The notes below the pieces were generated by a model that had not been told where the DNA came from, did no database searches, and was given only the letters and a program-made list of their open reading frames with translations. A stretch of DNA of 63,633 nucleotides, filler included, from a bacterium (lineage in GTDB: Bacteria > JALSQH01), in the NCBI GenBank assembly GCA_026985515.1. It is 10 parts of 10 records of this genome, joined end to end, with 100 filler letters (N's around TTAATTAATTAA, not from the genome) between each part and the next. Parts side by side here need not be neighbours in the genome. Positions count along the whole stretch, not along the records: positions 37,149 to 41,241 come from JALSQH010000079.1; positions 41,342 to 56,733 come from JALSQH010000080.1; 8 more parts are not named here. One strand, 5' to 3'. Made by a program: the position numbers and the translations under genes. Position 1 is the first letter of the stretch. Every line of letters begins with the position of its first letter. Positions 40,997-49,218 of this stretch are shown piece by piece.

Positions 40997-41241
40997 TCAT
41001 TTGGTGTGTTCGTGTAGCCTCTTTTTTATCTCTTCTATTCTTTCCTCTACTTCCTTGAAACTCAATTCTTTCTTCATCTTTTTCAGTCTTTCTTTTACTT
41101 CTTCCGGTATACTTTCATCTTCTATTAGCCTCATATACGGAGTTTTGGTTTCAGGTTTTCTTATGTACCTCTTTCCTATCCTTTGTTTATCCACCACTTT
41201 CATCGTCGGGATGAAGAAATTATATTTCAATTCCAGCCAGT
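40997..41241 (-). mobile_element. C-terminal fragment of an integrase-core (ISNCY-like) transposase, cut by the contig end
   Basis: NFFIPTMKVVDKQRIG....K....TPYMRL tail pattern. Confidence 0.65.
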
Positions 41242-41341
41242 NNNNNNNNNNNNNNNNNNNNNNNNNNNNNNNNNNNNNNNNNNNNTTAATTAATTAANNN
41301 NNNNNNNNNNNNNNNNNNNNNNNNNNNNNNNNNNNNNNNNN
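41242..41341. other. Artificial contig spacer
   Basis: Same 100-nt spacer. Confidence 0.99.
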
Positions 41342-41647
41342 GAAAGACTCAGTGAAATGGGAATCCCTGTTTATATTGCCAGAGGAATTACTGTTAAGGA
41401 AGCACTTGAGAAAATAGCAAGTGGCGAATTGACCCCCGCAGAAGCACCCACAATGAAGAGAAGTGTTCATGAGGGTCATCACTTTGGGCAGGGGTTTGAC
41501 CATGGACCTGGCCATGGTCACGGTTTTGGCCATGGTTATGGCAGGGGAATGGGATGGGGAAGAGGAATGGGAAGAGGTCGTGGACGTGGATATGGAAGAG
41601 GTTTGGGATGGGGAAGAGGAAGATTTCACCATGAGGAAGAAGAGTAA
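41342..41647 (+). CDS. NifB/NifX-family protein C-terminus with Gly/His/Arg-rich tail; 5' truncated
   Basis: LSEMGIPVY...TVKEALEKIASGEL followed by GHG and GRG repeats. Confidence 0.7.
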   Translation, partial: ERLSEMGIPVYIARGITVKEALEKIASGELTPAEAPTMKRSVHEGHHFGQGFDHGPGHGHGFGHGYGRGMGWGRGMGRGRGRGYGRGLGWGRGRFHHEEEE

Positions 41648-44174
41648 TCTCTTCTTCTACTTTCTTTTTGTATTTCTTTTTTCAACCAGATTTACAGCGA
41701 AATTACTTTCATTTTCCTCACCGGTAGCAGGTATCACTCCACCAGAGATCATTTATTCACCTCCACTTACCTATCCTTCTGGTGTGTCTGTTTCGGGTGA
41801 AGTTCAGGTGGTTCTGGATGTAAATGAAAAGGGCTACCCTGAAAATATATCAATTGCAACTCATCTGCATCCTCTTCTTGATAAAGAGGCGCTTTCCTGG
41901 GCTTCAAAATTAAGGTTCAGGCCTGCAACGGAAAGGGGAAAACCGGTAAAGGTGAGGGTGATGATTCCTGTGAGATTTATTTACCGGAAGAAAGTGCCTT
42001 CGGGGGAGATAAAGGGTTATGTTTTTGAGAAGGGTACAGGAGATCCCATTGAAGGGGTAGAGGTATTTGACAGTGTGAGTAAAAGAAGTGCATACAGTGA
42101 CAGAAAAGGATATTTTCATTTGAGGGAACTCGCTGAAGGCTTTCATAAACTCAAATTTGTAGCAACCGGATATTATCCTGCGGAGATATCGGTTCATGTT
42201 TCCCGGGGAAAGGCGACTCTGGTTAAAATTTATCTCACGCCAGAGGTATCTTCTCTTTATTCAATAGAGGTTATTGCAAGAAAAGAAGTTAAAGAGGTGA
42301 GCGAGGTTGCTCTTCCTGTTCAGATTGTAAGAAAAGTTGCCGGAACGGGTGGTGATGCTTTGAGGGTTATTCAGAGACTTCCGGGTGTGGGTATGGCAAA
42401 TGAGCTTTCAGGAAAGATTATTGTCAGGGGGTCAGGTCCGTATGATAATCTCATAAGAGTTGACGATGTAACTCTGCCATACATTTATCATTTTGGAAGT
42501 TTGACCTCTGTTTTGAATGATCAGTTGATTGAGAAGATCATATTTGACGCAGGTGGCTTCAGTGTTAAATATGGAAACGCAATGGGTGGAGTTATTCAGA
42601 TAATAACCAGAAATGATTTCAGAAGCGGATTACACGGTTCAGCTGGAATGGGAAGCGTTATGGCTGATGCAAATTTTTCTTTAGGAGGAAAATCAATTTC
42701 TGCTTTTGCAGGAGGTAGAAGAAGTTATTTTGATCTTATGATGAAACCAGTTGCTGAGGCAATTGCCGGTGAGACAAAAACTGATTTTACTCTTTTCCCC
42801 TATTTTTACGATTATCAATTGAAAATAATTAAGCCGTTTGGGAAAAATCATTCCCTTTCTCTCCTAATGCTTGGTGGGAAGGATGAGATGGGATTGTACA
42901 CACAGCAGGAGAATTGTGAGGATCCATACCTGACAGGAAAATTTTACTTTGGTGTTTCATTTTCAGATATTGATATCAGTTATCACTACAGGTCAGGTAA
43001 ATTTGAAAACAGATTTTCTCTCCTTTATGGCAGTTATGAGAGAGACTGGGAAGTTGGAACCACAGATTATATTTTTACAAAAGCTTCACCTGTTGTGGGT
43101 GCCAGGGAAGAATTTCATGTTTCCTTCACTCCTCAACTGAATTTGCTTACCGGTGGGGATCTTTCCTATCATGTTGTTTCAGTTGATTCCCTTTTTCCCC
43201 CGCTGCCAAAAAGTGGAGAGAGGACCTATACCTTCACAGATGTTGAACCAATCAGGGATCACAGAAAGTATCATGGAACCACCGCTGATCTTTATGGTGA
43301 ACTTGAGATAATTAGTGGTAAATTGCACCTTTATCCAGGCATTAGAAGTGATTTTCTCTCTCAGGGAGAAACAAGGATTAAGACTTTTGATCCAAGAATA
43401 AGATTCAGGTATGAAATAAACAATGTTTACACTTTGAAAGGCGCAGTCGGGATTTTCCATCAGTTTCCCTCTTACACTCAGATTGACCCAGTTTATGGAA
43501 ATCCACATCTTACATCCAGCAGGGCGGTTCACTACATTGCCGGGATGGAAGCCGCTTTTTCTGATCTTTTTGACATTGACATTCAGGCTTATTACAAAAG
43601 ATTTTCTGATCTGGTGGTCAGTTACATAACTTTCCCGAGAGGCTTCGAAAATAGTGGAATAGGCTACAGCTGGGGTTTTGACTTCATGCTGAGGAAGCAT
43701 TTCACTTCCACTTCCCACTGGTGGGGATGGTTTACCTATTCATATTCCAGGAGCAGAAGAAAGTATCTACCTGATTCTGACTGGACGAACTATGGCTATG
43801 ACAGACCAGATATAATAAATCTGGTTGTGGATTATGTTCCTGATGAGAAGTGGGAGATAGGTGCGAGCTGGAAGTATGCTTATGGTAATCCCTACACAGT
43901 TGTAAAAGGTTCGATAAATATTGAAGATACCGGGATCTACATTCCAGTAACTGGTAGTGAAAAAAAGAGAAACCCACCATATCACAGACTTGATCTGAGG
44001 GTGGAGAGAAAATTTTTATTCAACCGTTGGAAGTTATCAATTTTTACAGATATTGCAAATCTCTACTTCCATCTCAATCCAACTGTGTATGTTTATGATT
44101 ACGACTATGCAAGAAGGATACCCGTTGCACTTGTACCTTTTATGATGAATTTCGGGATAAGGGGAGAGTTTTGA
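41631..44174 (+). CDS. TonB-dependent receptor with N-terminal TonB-C and carboxypeptidase-regulatory-like domains
   Basis: Signal peptide; LDKEAL...RFRPATERGKPVKV; GTGDPIEG; plug DALRVIQRLPGV..IVRG; barrel ending GIRGEF. Confidence 0.9.
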   Translation: MRKKSNLFFYFLFVFLFSTRFTAKLLSFSSPVAGITPPEIIYSPPLTYPSGVSVSGEVQVVLDVNEKGYPENISIATHLHPLLDKEALSWASKLRFRPATERGKPVKVRVMIPVRFIYRKKVPSGEIKGYVFEKGTGDPIEGVEVFDSVSKRSAYSDRKGYFHLRELAEGFHKLKFVATGYYPAEISVHVSRGKATLVKIYLTPEVSSLYSIEVIARKEVKEVSEVALPVQIVRKVAGTGGDALRVIQRLPGVGMANELSGKIIVRGSGPYDNLIRVDDVTLPYIYHFGSLTSVLNDQLIEKIIFDAGGFSVKYGNAMGGVIQIITRNDFRSGLHGSAGMGSVMADANFSLGGKSISAFAGGRRSYFDLMMKPVAEAIAGETKTDFTLFPYFYDYQLKIIKPFGKNHSLSLLMLGGKDEMGLYTQQENCEDPYLTGKFYFGVSFSDIDISYHYRSGKFENRFSLLYGSYERDWEVGTTDYIFTKASPVVGAREEFHVSFTPQLNLLTGGDLSYHVVSVDSLFPPLPKSGERTYTFTDVEPIRDHRKYHGTTADLYGELEIISGKLHLYPGIRSDFLSQGETRIKTFDPRIRFRYEINNVYTLKGAVGIFHQFPSYTQIDPVYGNPHLTSSRAVHYIAGMEAAFSDLFDIDIQAYYKRFSDLVVSYITFPRGFENSGIGYSWGFDFMLRKHFTSTSHWWGWFTYSYSRSRRKYLPDSDWTNYGYDRPDIINLVVDYVPDEKWEIGASWKYAYGNPYTVVKGSINIEDTGIYIPVTGSEKKRNPPYHRLDLRVERKFLFNRWKLSIFTDIANLYFHLNPTVYVYDYDYARRIPVALVPFMMNFGIRGEF

Positions 44175-45094
44175 TGAGGAGAAATTCACTCTTTTATGTA
44201 TTGATTTTTCTCTTTGTTTTACCTTCATGTTTTTCTCCACCTCATGAGTACTGGAAAATAGATAAGCCAAGGATTCTGGCGGTAAAGGCATACAAACCAG
44301 AAGTTGTAACAGGTGGTACATTCCTTGAGGCTCTTGCTTTTTCTTCAGAAGGTCCGGTACTCCCTCAGAATATATACTGGGTTGCCTTCTCTTTGAAAAA
44401 TGTTTCTCTCTACTCAATGGGAAAGGAAAAAGTTAGACCAGCCGGGACAATTTTACCACCGGTGGGAAATTTTGTTTTTTATACTCCCCCTGTTACACCG
44501 GGTGAATACTGGGTTGCTGTTAAATTAAAGGAAAATAATACCACATTGTTTTTAAAAAGTGTTAAAAGAGTCACAGAAGTTACAAACAGTAATCCTTCTA
44601 TAAAGGACCTTGTAATCAATCCTTCTCCGTTGGTGTCTGATGAAATAAAAAAGGTAACCCTGAATGTTGTCCCCTATGATCCTGATGGAGACACTGTGTA
44701 TTATTCATGGTTTGTTGTTAATGGAAGTCTAACTGGTTGTACAAAGAGCAGTGAAGAGTGGGATGTAAGCGGACTAACTGGTTACAATCAGGTGTTTGTG
44801 GTTGCAAGAGACAGGAGGGGAGGAATAGACTGGAGGATGGGAGAGATTTACCGGGGTAAAATTGAGGGAGTATGGGTGGAGAGTGGAGGAATGCTATATC
44901 CTCTTCCCGGGTCCGTCTCTGTCTATTCTTCTCCATTTACATACTCAGTTACAATTGTTAAGACTGATGATGAGAGAGGATTCAGAATAAATTTTCTCCA
45001 GCCTGCCACCGGGTCCACCACAACTCTGGACAGGTGGTACCTGGGTTTTACTTCATGTAATCCCTGCAATATGGTTTTCAGAGTAGTTAAATAG
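44171..45094 (+). CDS. Lipoprotein with Ig-like module, coupled to the TonB-dependent receptor
   Basis: Lipobox LPSC, KPRILAVKA, NSNPSI...YDPDGDTVYYSW. Confidence 0.7.
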   Translation: MMRRNSLFYVLIFLFVLPSCFSPPHEYWKIDKPRILAVKAYKPEVVTGGTFLEALAFSSEGPVLPQNIYWVAFSLKNVSLYSMGKEKVRPAGTILPPVGNFVFYTPPVTPGEYWVAVKLKENNTTLFLKSVKRVTEVTNSNPSIKDLVINPSPLVSDEIKKVTLNVVPYDPDGDTVYYSWFVVNGSLTGCTKSSEEWDVSGLTGYNQVFVVARDRRGGIDWRMGEIYRGKIEGVWVESGGMLYPLPGSVSVYSSPFTYSVTIVKTDDERGFRINFLQPATGSTTTLDRWYLGFTSCNPCNMVFRVVK

Positions 45095-45114
45095 GGACCC
45101 CATCCCGGGGTCCC
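45094..45114. terminator. GC-rich hairpin between convergent genes
   Basis: GGGACCCC-ATCCC-GGGGTCCC. Confidence 0.6.
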
Positions 45115-45157
45115 CGGCGGAAAAGAGGAGGGAAAGAGAGTGGAGGTGTTGTTACCT

Positions 45158-45841
45158 TCAAAATTTTCTCGAAAGATATTTCTTTTTCACCCGTGAATAG
45201 AATTCAAGAACGAGCTGATGGTAATCATTTGTAGGCATATGATTGTTTTTTATAAAAAAATTCAAAGTCCCTGGACCCATGTTATAGGCCAGCAGGGCGA
45301 GTTTGATATTTCTGTATTTCATATGGAGATATTTGAAATAATAAACACCGAGGCGGATGTTTGTTTCTATGTCAAAAAGGTCATCGGGAATTCTAATTGA
45401 TTCACCCTTGAGATCAGCGAGATATTTTCCTACGTCAGGCATTATTTGCATCAGTCCAACAGCGCCTGCAGGAGAAATAGCGTGTGGATCAAAACTGCTC
45501 TCAACTTTAACAATGCTGAGTATAAAGTAAGGATCATATCCATATGTCACAGAGTATCTGTATATCGTCTTGCAAATTTTCAATGCTTTTCTCCAGGATA
45601 ATTCAGGGTTGAATTTCTTAACAATAGCTGTGGAATATTTCAAAAATTTTTGTTCTTTCAGGATTTCTTTTTTTCTGACTTCCTCAGGCGCTCTCCATAG
45701 AAGGATTTCGGGGGATGAATAATAAGGATACTCCATCTCAGACCCTGGTGCAATGAAGGAAGAAAAGAGAAGTGTCAGCCCAATTATCAGAGGAACAACT
45801 GCTATTTTTCCGATCCCCCTCATCCAGCCTTTCATTTTCAA
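45158..45841 (-). CDS. Lytic transglycosylase (SLT domain) with N-terminal anchor
   Basis: VESSFDPHAISPAGAVGLMQIMP, NIRLGVYY, ALLAYNMGP. Confidence 0.95.
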   Translation of the reverse strand: MKMKGWMRGIGKIAVVPLIIGLTLLFSSFIAPGSEMEYPYYSSPEILLWRAPEEVRKKEILKEQKFLKYSTAIVKKFNPELSWRKALKICKTIYRYSVTYGYDPYFILSIVKVESSFDPHAISPAGAVGLMQIMPDVGKYLADLKGESIRIPDDLFDIETNIRLGVYYFKYLHMKYRNIKLALLAYNMGPGTLNFFIKNNHMPTNDYHQLVLEFYSRVKKKYLSRKF

Positions 45842-45850
45842 CCTCTCTTG

Positions 45851-45890
45851 TTGGAAAAAGAAAGAGGGGTTGCCCCCTCCTTTTTCCCAA
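45851..45890 (-). terminator. Imperfect hairpin downstream of the phasin-like genes
   Basis: TTGGAAAAAGAAAGAGGGG-TTG-CCCCCTCCTTTTTCCCAA. Confidence 0.5.
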
Positions 45891-45891
45891 T

Positions 45892-46275
45892 TTACTCCTT
45901 TGACGCATTGCTCTGCTTTACAAGTTTGTTAACTTTCTTTGAGAGATCCTCAACCTTCTTCTCCACATTTTTTAATCTCTTGGAGATATCTTCAATCTGT
46001 TCTCTGGTTGGAAGCTCAACTTTCTCAATGGTTTTTTTAATGCTTTCAACAAGCCTGTTTTCAAATTCTTCCTGGCTGGCCTTTAATTTCTCAACAAGTT
46101 CATTGATCCTGGTGGTAATCTCCTTCTGGGAAGTTTCTCTGTAAGATGTTAGTTTCTGGATTACATTCTGAAACTCATTCTGAATGTTGTTGAGTTTTTC
46201 TTTTGCGTTGTCAAGATTTTCTTTTACAACGGAGTTGATTTTGTTTAAAAGGTCTTCTCTGATTAATGTTGCCAT
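45892..46275 (-). CDS. Phasin-like (granule-associated) coiled-coil protein
   Basis: All-helical; LPTREQIEDISKRLKNVEKKVEDL resembles PhaF/PhaI-type tails. Confidence 0.6.
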   Translation of the reverse strand: MATLIREDLLNKINSVVKENLDNAKEKLNNIQNEFQNVIQKLTSYRETSQKEITTRINELVEKLKASQEEFENRLVESIKKTIEKVELPTREQIEDISKRLKNVEKKVEDLSKKVNKLVKQSNASKE

Positions 46276-46320
46276 GACGCACCTCCTTATAGATTTATTG
46301 TTAAATTAAAAAGTGCATTT

Positions 46321-46656
46321 TTATGCCATTTCCTTCACTTCTTTCTGGGCTTTTTCCTCTGTGATGATAGGGTTTTTTAACGAAACTTTTTCACTCAATT
46401 CTTTTAATTTGCTCTGAATATTTTCCTGAAGTTTTTCAATAAGTTCCAGTTGTTCTTTAACTTTTTCACCCAATTCTTTGATCTTTTCTTCGAGTTCTCC
46501 GCTTTTCTGTTCTCCCTTTTTGATCAATTCTTCCCTTGAGGTGATAACTGCTGAAATCTTTTTTGCTTCCTCTTCAATTACTGCATAGATTCCAGCTACA
46601 AGCACAAGAGCTTCTTTCAAGTTTTTTTCAATATCCCTGACTATTTCTTTTTTCAT
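46321..46656 (-). CDS. Phasin-like coiled-coil protein
   Basis: ALVLVAGIYAVIEEEAKK...ELIKKGEQ resembles PhaI-type N-termini; RBS GGAGG. Confidence 0.55.
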   Translation of the reverse strand: MKKEIVRDIEKNLKEALVLVAGIYAVIEEEAKKISAVITSREELIKKGEQKSGELEEKIKELGEKVKEQLELIEKLQENIQSKLKELSEKVSLKNPIITEEKAQKEVKEMA

Positions 46657-46814
46657 TGTTAACCTCCTTTTTTTATCGTTCTGAAAATAATATAACACAT
46701 TGCGTCAAAAATGTCAAGAAAAATTTGACACGCTGTGTAAAAGACTTTAATGTGATTTGACTGGATTGAGGAAAAAGAATATCATATAAGTTAAGAAACG
46801 GGGAGGAAAAAATT

Positions 46815-48362
46815 ATGGACAAGAGGTTTTATGTTTCCCTTTTGATTGGAATGATATTTTTTTCTTTTTCTTTCACCCGGTTATATGCTAATTCTGATTC
46901 CCAGATTCTTGTAACAAAGGGCTTAATAGCTTATGATGATGGAGACTTAAGGAAAGCGCTTCATTTCTTTAAAAAAGCTGTGAAAGCTGATCCTCAGGAT
47001 GATGAGGCTCTTTACTACCTGGGAAAGGTTTACATTGAACTGGGCAAGCCCGAAAAAGGCTTACATTTTTTGAAAAGTTCTCAGTTGCCTGAGGCAAGTC
47101 TGGAAGCTGGACATTACTATTTGAAAAAGCACAGGTATAAAAAGGCCATCAAGTACCTGAAAAACTATGTTTCACAGGAAAAGGACAGGCTTGGTTATTA
47201 CTATCTTGGAATAGCTTATTACAGGCTCGGGAAATATGATGAAGCTATTGCTGCATTCAGTTACTCTGCAACCGACCGGCACCTTGCAGGACCCTCATAT
47301 ATTTTTATGGGATTGATAGCTCTCAGAGATAAGGATTTTAAAAAAGCAAAGGAGTATTTTGAGAAAGCAATTCAAACAGGTAATGAAAGAATCAAAATAA
47401 AGGCCAGAAAGTATATCTCAGAAATTGAAAGGACACTTCATCCCGGCACCATATTTGGGTTTGATTCTGGACTTGGAACTGAGTATGACAGCAATGTCTT
47501 TATTCTTCCAGGGAGAGATGTTGCAGAGGCGTATGGATTCCCCATTGAGGAGGTTAATCATCCTGCAAGTGGAGATTTCTATCTCTGGCTTTTACCCTCT
47601 TTACAAATACGATTGAACAGAAATGGTTCTCTTTTTTATAAGACTTACATGACATTTGCACAGAAGCTTTATTTTAATTCGTCGGCGCAGGAATTTAACA
47701 TATTCTCCTTTACCTGGGATAATTACATTGAATGGAAGTTGAGTAAAATGGATCTTATCTTTCCTTTGAGTTTTTCATATTATTATCTCACAAGAGTTAA
47801 GAGCAAGTATGGGAATTACAATTCCGCTGGCATACTGATTGCAAAAAAATATGGGAAGTTTTTTGTGGATGGAGGCTTGAAATTGACCACAGAAGCGTAT
47901 GGTTATGGGAATGAAAAAGATACGAGAAGAGATATGAATGGTCTCAGAAGCGAAGTAATAGGTGAGTTTGAATATAATCCATCAAAGTATTTTTCAATCG
48001 GAGTTGGGGTTTCTCTCTTTCATTTTGCTTCTTTCAGCTCATCTCCGGAAAATGACTGGAAGAGAATGGGAGTTTCACTAACCCCTTCATTTGAAATTAA
48101 AGCCGGTAGTTTTGAGGCCGGGTTTCTCCTGGATCTGGAAGGACAGAACTTTCTCGATAAAAATTCCTACTCAGCTATAATGGGAGGAGAGGAGTATAAA
48201 AGACGAGATTCTATTACTCAATTTGATACATACTTACGGTGGAATTTTGTCAGATGGAGTTCTATTGAGGCTTACTATGAGTATGTAAGAGATAAATCCA
48301 ACATTGATGTTTTTTCATTCAAGAAGATCCTTACAGGTCTTAAATGGAATCTTTCATTTTAG
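46815..48362 (+). CDS. TPR + outer-membrane beta-barrel protein (Slam-like architecture)
   Basis: Signal peptide, about five TPRs, barrel start GTEYDSNV, late strand DKSNIDVFSF, terminal aromatic WNLSF. Confidence 0.75.
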   Translation: MDKRFYVSLLIGMIFFSFSFTRLYANSDSQILVTKGLIAYDDGDLRKALHFFKKAVKADPQDDEALYYLGKVYIELGKPEKGLHFLKSSQLPEASLEAGHYYLKKHRYKKAIKYLKNYVSQEKDRLGYYYLGIAYYRLGKYDEAIAAFSYSATDRHLAGPSYIFMGLIALRDKDFKKAKEYFEKAIQTGNERIKIKARKYISEIERTLHPGTIFGFDSGLGTEYDSNVFILPGRDVAEAYGFPIEEVNHPASGDFYLWLLPSLQIRLNRNGSLFYKTYMTFAQKLYFNSSAQEFNIFSFTWDNYIEWKLSKMDLIFPLSFSYYYLTRVKSKYGNYNSAGILIAKKYGKFFVDGGLKLTTEAYGYGNEKDTRRDMNGLRSEVIGEFEYNPSKYFSIGVGVSLFHFASFSSSPENDWKRMGVSLTPSFEIKAGSFEAGFLLDLEGQNFLDKNSYSAIMGGEEYKRRDSITQFDTYLRWNFVRWSSIEAYYEYVRDKSNIDVFSFKKILTGLKWNLSF

Positions 48363-48375
48363 TGAGGAGGGGACC

Positions 48376-49203
48376 ATGAAAAGAGTGATAGAGTTAGTTT
48401 TGATTTTTGCATTTATGATAAATGTAAGACCTCTACTTGCAGGTGACATTGCTGGAGAGATTATTGCCGTCAGAGGTACCGCATGGCTGGTAAGAGAGGG
48501 TGTTAAAGAACAGGCTGTGAGAAGAGAAAAAGTTTATGTTGGTGATGAAATAATAACTTCTCCTGACTCTTATGTTAAAATTTTTCTTCAGGATGATTCA
48601 GTTTTGACAATTGGGGAAGATTCACATTTCATTGTGAATGATTTTATTTTGAATTCAACATCTCGTAGATCAATTTTCACTCTTATTAAAGGGAAAGTTA
48701 AAGCAGTAATAAGCAAGTTTCTGAGGATGGGTGCCGAAAACAGGGTGCAGATAAACACTCCAACTGCTGTTGCAGGGGTGAGGGGAACTGAATTTTTTGT
48801 TGAAACTGATGGTAAAGTCACTGAGGTTGGCGTACTTGATGGTGTGGTTGAGGTTTCTGACAGGAATGGTCTGGGAAGAGTTTTATTGCAGAAGGGATTT
48901 TTGACGATGGTCAGACCCGGTTCGGCACCAATGAGACCAAAGCCTCTCAGCCTTACTCAGTTAAGGAAATTGAAATTGTCATTTTTCACCGGGAGAGGTG
49001 AGGAAAAGAAAAAGTATTACAAAAAAGTAGGTGATGAAGCTCTAAAGATCGGGGATAAAGATTTTAAGCTTTTCACCAGACAGTTCAGAAGAATGAAACC
49101 AGGTATAAGAAGAAAAATGAAGAAAGTAAACCCGGGCGTGGAAACACCTATTTCACTGGGTAAGAACGCTCTTGTTCACATAAGAATAGTTTTCCCCAAG
49201 TAA
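48376..49203 (+). CDS. Exported FecR-domain protein
   Basis: GDEIITSPDS, DDSVLTIGEDS, INTPTAVAGVRGTEF, VLDGVVEV. Confidence 0.9.
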   Translation: MKRVIELVLIFAFMINVRPLLAGDIAGEIIAVRGTAWLVREGVKEQAVRREKVYVGDEIITSPDSYVKIFLQDDSVLTIGEDSHFIVNDFILNSTSRRSIFTLIKGKVKAVISKFLRMGAENRVQINTPTAVAGVRGTEFFVETDGKVTEVGVLDGVVEVSDRNGLGRVLLQKGFLTMVRPGSAPMRPKPLSLTQLRKLKLSFFTGRGEEKKKYYKKVGDEALKIGDKDFKLFTRQFRRMKPGIRRKMKKVNPGVETPISLGKNALVHIRIVFPK

Positions 49204-49218
49204 AAAGGGAGGGTATTT

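Noticed and set aside
41490..41625. Short GGN-rich DNA repeats
   Set aside because: Explained by Gly-x codon repeats in the protein tail
41463..41630. Acidic N-terminal extension of the TonB receptor given in the ORF track
   Set aside because: Alternate-frame reading of the upstream Gly-rich tail; the signal peptide starts at 41631
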